Assembly (NCBI GenBank): GCA_903921785.1
Contig: CAIXRH010000014.1
Span: 1,697 to 65,696 of the forward strand
Direction of reading: 5' to 3'
Length of the DNA: 64,000 nt
Source: an uncultured Pseudomonadota bacterium
GTDB lineage: Bacteria > Myxococcota_A > UBA796 > SXON01
The notes beneath the pieces were generated by a model, which saw nothing but the letters and a program-made list of their open reading frames with translations, searched no databases and was not told the origin of the DNA. Below are positions 56,169 through 64,000 of this stretch, one piece after another (position 1 is the first letter of the stretch; each line of letters starts with the position of its first letter). A program made the position numbers and the translations under genes.

Positions 56169-57797
56169 TCAGGTACGCTTGTAGTCGAAGACGGGGCGCT
56201 CGGGCGCACCGAACATCTTGAGCGCACCGCGCTCGCCGACGGCGTTGGGGCGCTGGAAGATCCAGTTCTGCCAGGCGGTGAGCCGGCCGTAGATCTTGTT
56301 GTCCATCGTCTCGGGGCCGCCGAACCGGAGGTTCTGCTCCATGCCGGTGAGCGCGTCGGGGGAGAGGCTCGCGCGCTCCTCGATGGCGATGCGGACCTCG
56401 TCTTCGTAGTCGATCTCGTCGGGCGTCATGGTGACGAGCTCGAGCTCCTCGGCGCCCTCCGCGTCGATCGTCGCGCCGACGGCGAGCACCTTGGCCGGCT
56501 GGCCGGGCGCGCCGGGGAAGCGGGACTGAAGGCGGGTGAGGCCGGAGTGCATCGGAAAGAGCCCACCGGAGACCTTCGAGACGAAGACCTTGTTGATCCC
56601 GTCGTCGTCCGCCAGCATGTAGGAGCGGTCGGCCGCGAGCACGATCTCGAACAGCGAGCCGGAAAAGGCGTTGCCCGGCTCGACGAGGGCGAAGATCGTC
56701 TTGGCCATGTTGTCGAGGCGGCGGAGGACACGCGCTTGGAAGAGCTGCACCTCGCGGCCGAACCAGCCCTGGGTCTCCAGCGCGGCGTCGGCTTCGAGGA
56801 CCTTGTGGCGATCCCCCTCGGCCTTGACCACGAGCAGCCCGATGTCGAGGTGGTTCACGCGGAGGCGGAGCAGCGCGTCGTCGAGCTCGCGCCAGGCGCG
56901 CAGCGCCCACGTGGAGCTGTCGGCGCAAGGCGCGGTGTCCGGCGCCTTGATGGTGAGGTGCGCGACACGCGCTTCGTTGTCCACCTTCACGGTGACGTAG
57001 CGGTATTCGAGGTGGTTCCCCGCGACCTCGCTCGGGGCGAGCGGCTCGAGCACCACCGAGAAGGCCCCTTCCGGCATCGGGTTGGCGCCGGCCACGGCCT
57101 GGGCGCGCGCATCCAGGCTCGCCTGCCACTTGCTGCGGGCGAAAGAAGCATCGACGAAGCGGTACTTCACGGCGTCGCGCGCCTTGAAGCCCTCGGCCTT
57201 GGTGCAGAACACATCCGCCATGTCGCGGCGGACCTTCCGCTTGTCGGTGAGGCGGGTGAGGCCGCCGGTGCCAGGGAGCACGCCGAGCAGCGGCACCTCG
57301 GGGAGGGAGACGGCGGAGTTCCCGTCGTCGATCAGGTAGATCTCCTTGCAGCACATCGCGAGCTCGTACCCGCCGCCGGACGCGGTGCCGTTGAGCGCGG
57401 CCACGTACACCGCGCCGCCGCTGTCGGTGGCCTCCTCGATGCCGCAGCGCGTTTCATTGGTGAACTTGCAGAAGTTCACCTTGAACGCGTGGCTCGACTG
57501 GGCGAGCATGCGGATGTTCGCGCCGGCGCAGAACACCTTGTCGTACCCGCCGGTGACGACCACGCAGCGGACCTGCGGGTGCTCAAAGCGGAGGCGCTGG
57601 ACGGCGTCGGCCAGCTCCACGTCCACCCCGAGGTCGTAGCTGTTGAGCTTGAGCTCGTACTTCCCGGGCCACATCCCGCCATCTTCCTGCACGCGCATGG
57701 TGAGCGTGGCGATGGCCCCCTGCACATCCAGCTTCCAATGCCGGTAACGATCGGGGTGGGTCTCGAAGTTCACAGCGGGGTACGCGATCTCGGCCAT
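56169..57797 (-). CDS. boxC: 2,3-epoxybenzoyl-CoA dihydrolase
   Basis: YRHWKL, KLNSYDLGVDVELADA, KVNFCKFTNETR, LPGTGGL, RLTAWQNWIFQRPNA. Confidence 0.96.
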   Translation of the reverse strand: MAEIAYPAVNFETHPDRYRHWKLDVQGAIATLTMRVQEDGGMWPGKYELKLNSYDLGVDVELADAVQRLRFEHPQVRCVVVTGGYDKVFCAGANIRMLAQSSHAFKVNFCKFTNETRCGIEEATDSGGAVYVAALNGTASGGGYELAMCCKEIYLIDDGNSAVSLPEVPLLGVLPGTGGLTRLTDKRKVRRDMADVFCTKAEGFKARDAVKYRFVDASFARSKWQASLDARAQAVAGANPMPEGAFSVVLEPLAPSEVAGNHLEYRYVTVKVDNEARVAHLTIKAPDTAPCADSSTWALRAWRELDDALLRLRVNHLDIGLLVVKAEGDRHKVLEADAALETQGWFGREVQLFQARVLRRLDNMAKTIFALVEPGNAFSGSLFEIVLAADRSYMLADDDGINKVFVSKVSGGLFPMHSGLTRLQSRFPGAPGQPAKVLAVGATIDAEGAEELELVTMTPDEIDYEDEVRIAIEERASLSPDALTGMEQNLRFGGPETMDNKIYGRLTAWQNWIFQRPNAVGERGALKMFGAPERPVFDYKRT

Positions 57798-57816
57798 GGG
57801 GTCCGTCCGGAGCGTT

Positions 57817-57874
57817 GGCACTATACTGCACGTGCTCGGGGTAGACAAGCACACAAACATGCAGTATACTGCAT
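57817..57874. promoter_or_regulatory. BzdR/BoxR-type operators
   Basis: Perfect palindrome ATGCAGTATACTGCAT (57859-57874; TGCA-N6-TGCA) and near copy GGCACTATACTGCA (57817-57830) between divergent boxC and regulator. Confidence 0.8.
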
Positions 57875-57888
57875 CCGTGAGCATTCCC

Positions 57889-58689
57889 ATGCCCGAGCTG
57901 CTCCCTCGTGTCGGCGCACGCGTACGCCAGCTCCGCGAGTCCCGGGAGCTCACCCAAGCCGAGCTCGCCCGGCGATCGGGGGTGAGCCTACGTTTTCTGG
58001 CCGACGTGGAGGGCGGCACCGGCAACGCCAGCCTGCTGCGCCTCGCCGAGCTGGCGCTGGTCCTGGGGGTGAGCCTCGCGGAGCTGGTGGTCGACGCCGG
58101 CCCGGTGGTCGACGACCTCACCCGCTTCGGCCGCCTCGCCCCGGCGGAGCGGCGCCTCCGCCTCGGCGGCACCCGCGTGGCCATCGGCCTCGTCGGCCTT
58201 CGCGGCGCCGGCAAGTCCTCCGCCGGAGCCGGCCTCGCCGCGCGCCTCGGCGTGCCCTTCGTAGAGGTCGACGCCGCGATCGAAGCGCGTGCGGGGATGC
58301 CGTTGGCGGAGCTGTTCACCGACCACGGCGTCGCGCGCTACCGCGAGCTGGAGCGAGAAGTCCTCGACGCGACGCTCGCCACCGGACGGCCGGTTGTATT
58401 CGCCGCGGGCGGCTCCCTGGTCACCGACACCGCGGCCTGGGCCGACGTGCGGCGGCGCGCGCGCACCACCTGGCTGCGCGCCCGGCCGGAGACCCACCTG
58501 CGCCGCGTCGAATCCCAGGGCGATCATCGGCCCATGCGCGGGCGGCGCGACGCCCTGTCCGAGCTGCGGGGGCTGCTCAGCGCCCGCGAGCCGCTCTACG
58601 CGCTCGCTGACCTCACGCTGGACACCGACCGGCTCGACCTGTTGGAGACGATCTGGGCGCTGGAGGCGTGGGCGAACGAGCCGGCCTGA
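57889..58689 (+). CDS. boxR: BzdR/BoxR-family regulator (XRE HTH plus shikimate-kinase-like domain)
   Basis: LTQAELARRSGVSLRFLADVE.G.GN; IGLVGLRGAGKS; AAGGSLV; QGDHRPM. Confidence 0.9.
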   Translation: MPELLPRVGARVRQLRESRELTQAELARRSGVSLRFLADVEGGTGNASLLRLAELALVLGVSLAELVVDAGPVVDDLTRFGRLAPAERRLRLGGTRVAIGLVGLRGAGKSSAGAGLAARLGVPFVEVDAAIEARAGMPLAELFTDHGVARYRELEREVLDATLATGRPVVFAAGGSLVTDTAAWADVRRRARTTWLRARPETHLRRVESQGDHRPMRGRRDALSELRGLLSAREPLYALADLTLDTDRLDLLETIWALEAWANEPA

Positions 58690-58768
58690 ACGGCTCCTGC
58701 GCGGGGAGGAGCGGTGCCCCCCTCCGCTCAGCCCCTCCTCGCCCCGCTCCACGGGCCCTGGGGGCGGC

Positions 58769-60031
58769 CTAGGTCTCCGGGCGGAGCTTCTCGGGCCCGA
58801 AGGTGCCCTTGAACTCCTTGAAGGTCATGCCCTTCTTCTTCTCGCGGAGCTTCGTGAGCTCCTCGCGCACGGCATCGCCCTTCTTCTTCACCGCCGACTT
58901 CTTCTTCTCGTAGTCGTCGTTGAGCTTCTTGAGGACCAGGTTCTCCTTCTCGGAGAGCGGCCGGTTCTCGGCCTTCGCCAACTTGCGCAGCTTCACCGTC
59001 GTGGACACGGTGAGGTCCTGCGCGTCCGTCGCCGGCTTCTCGAGCTTCTTGAGGGCGGCCTCGAGCTTCTCGATACGATCCGACGGGTCGTCCTGTGCGT
59101 CGACGACCTCCTCCTTGCCGTCGACCAGGGTCACCGCGAGGCCGAGGTTGCCGACCACCTGCAGGTACGGGTAGCCCTTGGCGACGAGCCCGCGGTACAC
59201 GGTGAAGGCGAAGTTCTGGGGCGTGGCGCCCGCCGCGGTGTAACAGCCGTCGAGGTACACCTTGCCGGCGTAGGTCTTCGGCAGCTTCAGTTTGCTGGTG
59301 AGGTAGGTGATCACCTGCGCGGGCGTCATGTCCGCGAACTCGGAGGCGTACACCTTCGAATTCGACTCCCAGGTCTTCGAGGGAGTCCCGTGACCCAGGA
59401 GCACGACCGGGGAGTCGTCGCCGATGTCCTTGAGCTCATCCTTCGGGGCGTCCTTCTTGCGCCCGAGCATCTTGTCGAGCAGGGTCCGCTTGACCTTGGG
59501 CTTCTCCTCGTGGTGCTCCTCGGCCTCCGCGTAGTCGTCGCCCTCGCGACGGATTGGCGCGTCCATCCCCAAGGTGCGGGCCTTGGCGAGCCGCTCGGAG
59601 GACTCGCGGATGGTCTTGTCGTCGTTGTCCAGGTCGATGACGGCGCCCTTGCCGGCCTGGCGAGCGCCGAGGAACGTCGCCTTGTCTACTCCCTTGCTGA
59701 GCGCGTTGAGCCCCGGGACCGCCGCGACCGCCTTCCACGCCTTCACGAACGCGTCGGGCGCCAGCGTCTTGTTCGACGCCGCGGTGTTGATGGCGAACTG
59801 CACCTTGCCGTCCACGACGTCCACCTGCCCGATGACGATCGACTTCAGCTTGAGGATCGGGTCCTCTTTCGCCATGAGCTTGCCGAAGCCCTCCTTGCTC
59901 ACCTCGGCCTTCTTCGGGCTGAGCATCAGGCTCGGAACCGGCGTACTATCCGGAGCAAGCGCGAACCAGAGCGGCGCCGTCTTGAGGTTGTTCCACTGGG
60001 TGGTGAGCTTCGCCTTGTACTCAGGGGTCAT
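58769..60031 (-). CDS. Lys-rich protein with C80/CPD-like cysteine protease domain and C-terminal coiled coil
   Basis: VVLLGHG..KVYLDGCYTA His-Cys dyad pattern; no signal peptide. Confidence 0.65.
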   Translation of the reverse strand: MTPEYKAKLTTQWNNLKTAPLWFALAPDSTPVPSLMLSPKKAEVSKEGFGKLMAKEDPILKLKSIVIGQVDVVDGKVQFAINTAASNKTLAPDAFVKAWKAVAAVPGLNALSKGVDKATFLGARQAGKGAVIDLDNDDKTIRESSERLAKARTLGMDAPIRREGDDYAEAEEHHEEKPKVKRTLLDKMLGRKKDAPKDELKDIGDDSPVVLLGHGTPSKTWESNSKVYASEFADMTPAQVITYLTSKLKLPKTYAGKVYLDGCYTAAGATPQNFAFTVYRGLVAKGYPYLQVVGNLGLAVTLVDGKEEVVDAQDDPSDRIEKLEAALKKLEKPATDAQDLTVSTTVKLRKLAKAENRPLSEKENLVLKKLNDDYEKKKSAVKKKGDAVREELTKLREKKKGMTFKEFKGTFGPEKLRPET

Positions 60032-60301
60032 GACTCGGGGCCGCGGGGTGACACGGGAGTGGGGTGGACGCTCCGGGCCCTCGGGCCCGGCGACGCGCTC
60101 GATTATCGGCCCCCCGCAGGCGACGCGATCATGCCTGACATACCGTGAAGGCATCACGCGCCGCGGGCGCCCCACCCCGCGCGTCCACGGTCCCCCGAAG
60201 CGCCGACCGTTCACGGCCGGCTCCGCCGGCCGGCGCCGCCGAACGGTGGTCCGGAGCGCCGACGTCGGTCTGGCGCCCCCTTCGGAAACGTCAGGATTTC
60301 C

Positions 60302-61261
60302 CTAGGGAGCGAGGCGCGCGACCTCGCGGACCGGCTCCGCCAGCGCGGCCCCCAGCCACGCGTGACCCGCGGGCGAAGGGTGCTCCCAGTCGGTGCTCCC
60401 AGCGTTGAACCACGCTCGTTCGGGGCCGGCCCGGAGCACGGCCAAGCCGTCGACGTAGGGCAGGCCCACGGACGCCACGATCTCGGCCTCGCGTGCGGTG
60501 CGCTCGAGCGCTTCCGCGCAACGGCCCGGAGCGCCGGCCCGGGCGTCGCACCGGGAGAGGTCGGGCTCGGCGAGGACATGCGCGGCGAGCCCGACCACCA
60601 CCAACGGCACGGAGTGGAGCGCGGCTTCGTCCCGCATCGCCAAGAGCGCGGCTCGGTATCGCTCCGGGTCCTCCACCTCGGTGAACCCCCGGGCGCGGAA
60701 CGCCCCCTCGGCCAGCCGCGCCAGCGACGACCGTTCCCGGAGGAGCGTCGGCAGCGTGCCCGCGTCGCCGACCCAGGCGAAGAGCGGCGGTTCACCCACG
60801 GTGATGAGCTCGCTCGGCACGAGATCGTTGGCGTAGGTGGCGAAGAGCACGGCCGCCGGGCGGAAGCGCCACCCGAAGGTCCGGAGCGTCGCCAGCGACT
60901 GCTCCGCGTCGTAGCCGTAGTGGCTGAGGTTGATGGTCCGGATCTCGGGCCCGAGCGCCGCCTCCAACGCGCGGGGCCACGCCTGGTCGGCCGAGCCGGT
61001 GCCCCAGGTCATCGAGTCGCCGAGGACAACGACACGGCGCTCGCCGGACGGGGGCTCATCGGAGAGCTCCCGCTCGTGGAAACCCAGGAAATTGGCGCCG
61101 TGTTCGCCCGGAGCGGTGGCGAAACGCCGCCCGTCGACGGGAAAACGGAGCGTCCCATCGTGGTGGCGGGCGAGCGCCTCCGCTGCGGCCAGCGCCGCCG
61201 CGAACCCGCACAATCCAAGCCCGAGCCGCGCGGCGACCCGGGCCGGGCGCTTCGGCGTCAG
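60302..61261 (-). CDS. SGNH/GDSL hydrolase with N-terminal membrane anchor
   Basis: VLGDSMTWG, INLSHYGY, YANDL, DWEHPS..GH; start codon uncertain. Confidence 0.82.
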   Translation of the reverse strand: MTPKRPARVAARLGLGLCGFAAALAAAEALARHHDGTLRFPVDGRRFATAPGEHGANFLGFHERELSDEPPSGERRVVVLGDSMTWGTGSADQAWPRALEAALGPEIRTINLSHYGYDAEQSLATLRTFGWRFRPAAVLFATYANDLVPSELITVGEPPLFAWVGDAGTLPTLLRERSSLARLAEGAFRARGFTEVEDPERYRAALLAMRDEAALHSVPLVVVGLAAHVLAEPDLSRCDARAGAPGRCAEALERTAREAEIVASVGLPYVDGLAVLRAGPERAWFNAGSTDWEHPSPAGHAWLGAALAEPVREVARLAP

Positions 61262-61938
61262 CCGGGCTTCGGAGCGGCGCCGGCTCCGCCGCCACCGCCG
61301 CCACCCCCGCCACCGCCGTGACCGCCGTGCCCACCACCGCCACCCCCGCCCGGAGGCGGCGGGGGCGTAGCCGGGGGCCCGCTCGCGCCGTTGGGGGCGG
61401 ACGTGGGATCGAACTTCTGCAGGGTGAGCGCCACGCCGGAGACGGCGTCGGTCTTCACGTCGATCCACCCGCTGGCGGCCATGGGCTCGCCGGGCGTGGG
61501 GCCGTCCCCCGTGGCGTCGATGAACACGGTGAACTGCGCGGGACCGAGGTCCTTGGGCAGCTCGACCTCAAACGGCCCGAGCCCCTTGAGCGAGGTGGAG
61601 TAGACCAGCTCGGGCATCGTCTCGGTCTTCTTCAGTACGTCGAGCCGGAGGGTGCCCTCGACGGTTCCAGCGAACGCGGTGGTGCCCGTGACCTTCACGC
61701 CCGTGCCGGGCTCTACCTGCACCAGCGTCGGGCCGGCGCCAGGCGGCGGCGCGCCGGCGCTACCCTCGGGGGGCGGGCCGGGCGGCGTGCCCGGAGCGGC
61801 GCCGCCGTTCGGCGAGGGCGTGGCGGCGACGGCCCCCGGAGTTTCCCCGCCCGCAGGCGCGGGAGTGGCGACAGGTGCGCCCTCTTCGGGGGCCTCGGAC
61901 GGGCAGCCCATGAGGGCGACGAACAGCAGCGAGATCAC
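61258..61938 (-). CDS. Pro/Gly-rich lipoprotein
   Basis: GTG start; LLFVALMGC lipobox; small beta domain (FIDATGDGP); poly-Gly tail. Confidence 0.7.
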   Translation of the reverse strand: MISLLFVALMGCPSEAPEEGAPVATPAPAGGETPGAVAATPSPNGGAAPGTPPGPPPEGSAGAPPPGAGPTLVQVEPGTGVKVTGTTAFAGTVEGTLRLDVLKKTETMPELVYSTSLKGLGPFEVELPKDLGPAQFTVFIDATGDGPTPGEPMAASGWIDVKTDAVSGVALTLQKFDPTSAPNGASGPPATPPPPPGGGGGGGHGGHGGGGGGGGGGGAGAAPKPG

Positions 61939-61996
61939 CAGCGACTCCAGGTTGTCCAGAGCTTGCCAACTCCGGACCGTACGCGCAAGGCCGCCG

Positions 61997-63988
61997 CTAC
62001 GGATTCCTCGGAGTCGGGGCCGAGGCGCCGACCGGGAGGGGCGGTCCCTGGGGCGCGTGCGCGGGGCCGGACGGCGGTGGCGGCGCGGCGGAACCGTCGG
62101 CGGGCGCGGTGCCCGCGGGGAGCGTGCCGTCGGACGCCGCGGCCGGCGCGAGAACGGTGGCGTCGGCCGAGGTGGCGGCGGCGCTGGCGGCCTCCGAGGC
62201 GCCCCCCGGGGCCGCAGCGCCGGAGGTCGTCCCCGAATCCGTCGCGGCGCCGGGCCTCCGCTCGACGCCAACTCCCGGCGGGAGCGCGGGGCCGCCGGGG
62301 GTACCGGGCGTGCCGGGAGGCGGCCGAAGGTCCCAGACGAGCACCGGGCCGTACTCGTGCGGATCGCCGAGGTGGGCGCGGAGCCAGGTCTCGAGGTCGG
62401 CGGTGCCGCCGAGGTCGGTATGCAGCGCGATCCAGCCGAGATCGCCCTTTTTGTAGGCGGACTTCGGCACCGCGTCGAGCTGGCCGGGGCGCTGGTACAC
62501 CAACGCCGAGGCGAACTGGTTCCGGTACATGGTGAACGCGTCGGCGCGGACGTTGGGCCCGAAGGGGATCGGCTGCCCGTGCAGCGTCTGGAAGAAGAGC
62601 GCGCGCGAGCTGGCCATGCCGTGACCGGGGACCTCCACGGGAAGGTCGAGCACCACGGGCGTCTGACCCTCGAACCGACGCGCGTCCGCGGTGCCGCCGA
62701 TGGCCTCGGCGTAGCGGACGTCCACCGCCGGCACGCGCGCCACCGGCCATGGCGCGGGGCTCAGCAGGAGCAGCTCCACGAGGAGGCCAGCGGCGAGCCA
62801 CGGCACGTCCCGCTCCCGCACCCGTGAAGCGCCGAGGCCGGCGACCAACGCCATGCCCAGGAAGCCCAGCCGCTGCGGGTGGGCGATGGAGCCGGGAGGG
62901 AGGATGTCGAGCAGAAGCCGGTAGGGCAGCGCCACGAGGTGCCCCCCCACCCGCACCCAGTCGCCCCATACCCAGAGGAACGGGCCGAGGGAGAAGACCA
63001 GCGGCACGGCGGCCGCCCACAACCACCGGCGCCGGCTCGAGAAAAACGCCGGCACGAGCACCAGCCAGCCGAGGTAGCTGGTGTGGCGGAAGTTCTCGCC
63101 GAGGGAGGCGAGGTCCACCGACTGGAAGTCGCCGGGGAGGAGGAAGCTGAGCGGGTCGACCGCGTTGTGCTGGAGCGCCCAGAAGCGGTCCTGCCAGGCG
63201 CCATCCTGGCGGGGAATGATCGCCTGCGCGGAGTCGGCGACGGTGGAGTGTACGACCATCGCCACAGGCACCGCGATCACCATCGCCGGGAGCGCCCCCG
63301 CGAGCATCCCGCGCAGCAAAAGCAGGCGGGGACCGCGCCAGAGGGCGCCAAGGAGCAGCGGCGCCGCGACCAGGAACAAGCTGATGGCGTAGTAGTAGGT
63401 GCCGAGCGCGGTGAGCCCGCCGAGGAGCCCGGTGATCACCCACTGACGGCTCCGCGCGGGCTCGTCGATCGCGCGCACCAACGCCGCGAGCGCGAAAACC
63501 GGCCACGCCACGCCCGAGGCCTCGCTGATCCCGTTGTGGAGCTCCGAGATCAGGTGCGGCGAGGCGGCCACGCCGATCGCCCCAATCCAGCTCGCCCGGT
63601 CGGCGGCGCCGAGCGCGCGGGCCAGGGTCCGCCCCGCCACGCTCGCAGCGGTGACCAGGAAGAGGATCGTGAGGTTCCAGGCGGCGGTGAGCCCGACGAG
63701 CGGCACCAGGCCCATGCCCACGAGGCCCCCGATGGGGTCGATGAACCAGAGGCGCCCGCCGGCCGGCGCGTTGAGCAGCGTGGTGGAAAGCGGGAGGACG
63801 CCGTCCTTGAGGCAACTCCAGAACCACCAGAGTCCCCACGCGTGGTTCCACACGTCGACGTCGGGGTGGCCGATGAGCCGCACGTCGAGCGTGAGCACCA
63901 TCGGCGCGGTGACCAGCAGCGCGAGCGCGACGTGGCCGAGCGCCGCCAGCCCTCGCTCCGCCGCCAGCTTCCGGATCCCTTCGCCCAT
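61997..63988 (-). CDS. Polytopic membrane protein, GT-C/YfhO-like glycosyltransferase
   Basis: DVDVWNHAWGLWW after TM1; many TM helices; SYLG, SLGP, HPQR; true start may lie beyond the window. Confidence 0.65.
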   Translation of the reverse strand: MGEGIRKLAAERGLAALGHVALALLVTAPMVLTLDVRLIGHPDVDVWNHAWGLWWFWSCLKDGVLPLSTTLLNAPAGGRLWFIDPIGGLVGMGLVPLVGLTAAWNLTILFLVTAASVAGRTLARALGAADRASWIGAIGVAASPHLISELHNGISEASGVAWPVFALAALVRAIDEPARSRQWVITGLLGGLTALGTYYYAISLFLVAAPLLLGALWRGPRLLLLRGMLAGALPAMVIAVPVAMVVHSTVADSAQAIIPRQDGAWQDRFWALQHNAVDPLSFLLPGDFQSVDLASLGENFRHTSYLGWLVLVPAFFSSRRRWLWAAAVPLVFSLGPFLWVWGDWVRVGGHLVALPYRLLLDILPPGSIAHPQRLGFLGMALVAGLGASRVRERDVPWLAAGLLVELLLLSPAPWPVARVPAVDVRYAEAIGGTADARRFEGQTPVVLDLPVEVPGHGMASSRALFFQTLHGQPIPFGPNVRADAFTMYRNQFASALVYQRPGQLDAVPKSAYKKGDLGWIALHTDLGGTADLETWLRAHLGDPHEYGPVLVWDLRPPPGTPGTPGGPALPPGVGVERRPGAATDSGTTSGAAAPGGASEAASAAATSADATVLAPAAASDGTLPAGTAPADGSAAPPPPSGPAHAPQGPPLPVGASAPTPRNP

Positions 63989-64000
63989 CCCCTCCCCTCG

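Noticed and set aside
61258-61370. ccg/cca triplet run as a contingency microsatellite
   Set aside because: Imperfect in-frame poly-Gly/Pro coding tract; no sign of phase variation.

Overview
High-GC bacterial chromosome segment. MYXO-CTERM-like tails, MopE-type DCDD..PGA..DG.DQDCDG repeats and a Hanks kinase point to a Myxococcota/Deltaproteobacteria-like host (inference). I saw no rRNA, tRNA, CRISPR array or transposase. Contents in order: (1) an envelope block (1-14 kb) with a lipoprotein that looks like an M30 peptidase but has lost its zinc ligands, a lipoprotein/beta-barrel/HEAT/radical-SAM operon, and two MYXO-CTERM-like surface proteins followed by a TraB-like OmpA protein; (2) mixed housekeeping genes, including glpK, a selenocysteine-type selD with in-frame UGA and SECIS-like hairpin, bioA and rpe; (3) a chemosensory island with two divergent cheA genes, back-to-back sigma28-like promoters, a stand-alone MshEN-repeat protein and a CheR-CheD fusion with a (HG)6H linker; (4) a sulfite-oxidase-family gene plus sat; (5) an approx. 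11-kb tightly coupled BzdR/BoxR-controlled operon joining boxC-boxB (no boxA in the window) to a Tat-exported Pao-like molybdoenzyme, a small Cys-rich ORF and an hcrCAB-like 4-hydroxybenzoyl-CoA reductase, which is the best candidate for an undescribed system; (6) an orphan C80/CPD-like cysteine protease and an SGNH/lipoprotein/GT-C-like block. A dispersed intergenic repeat with a 52-bp internal period also occurs at least twice. All family calls come from motif recognition, not database searches.
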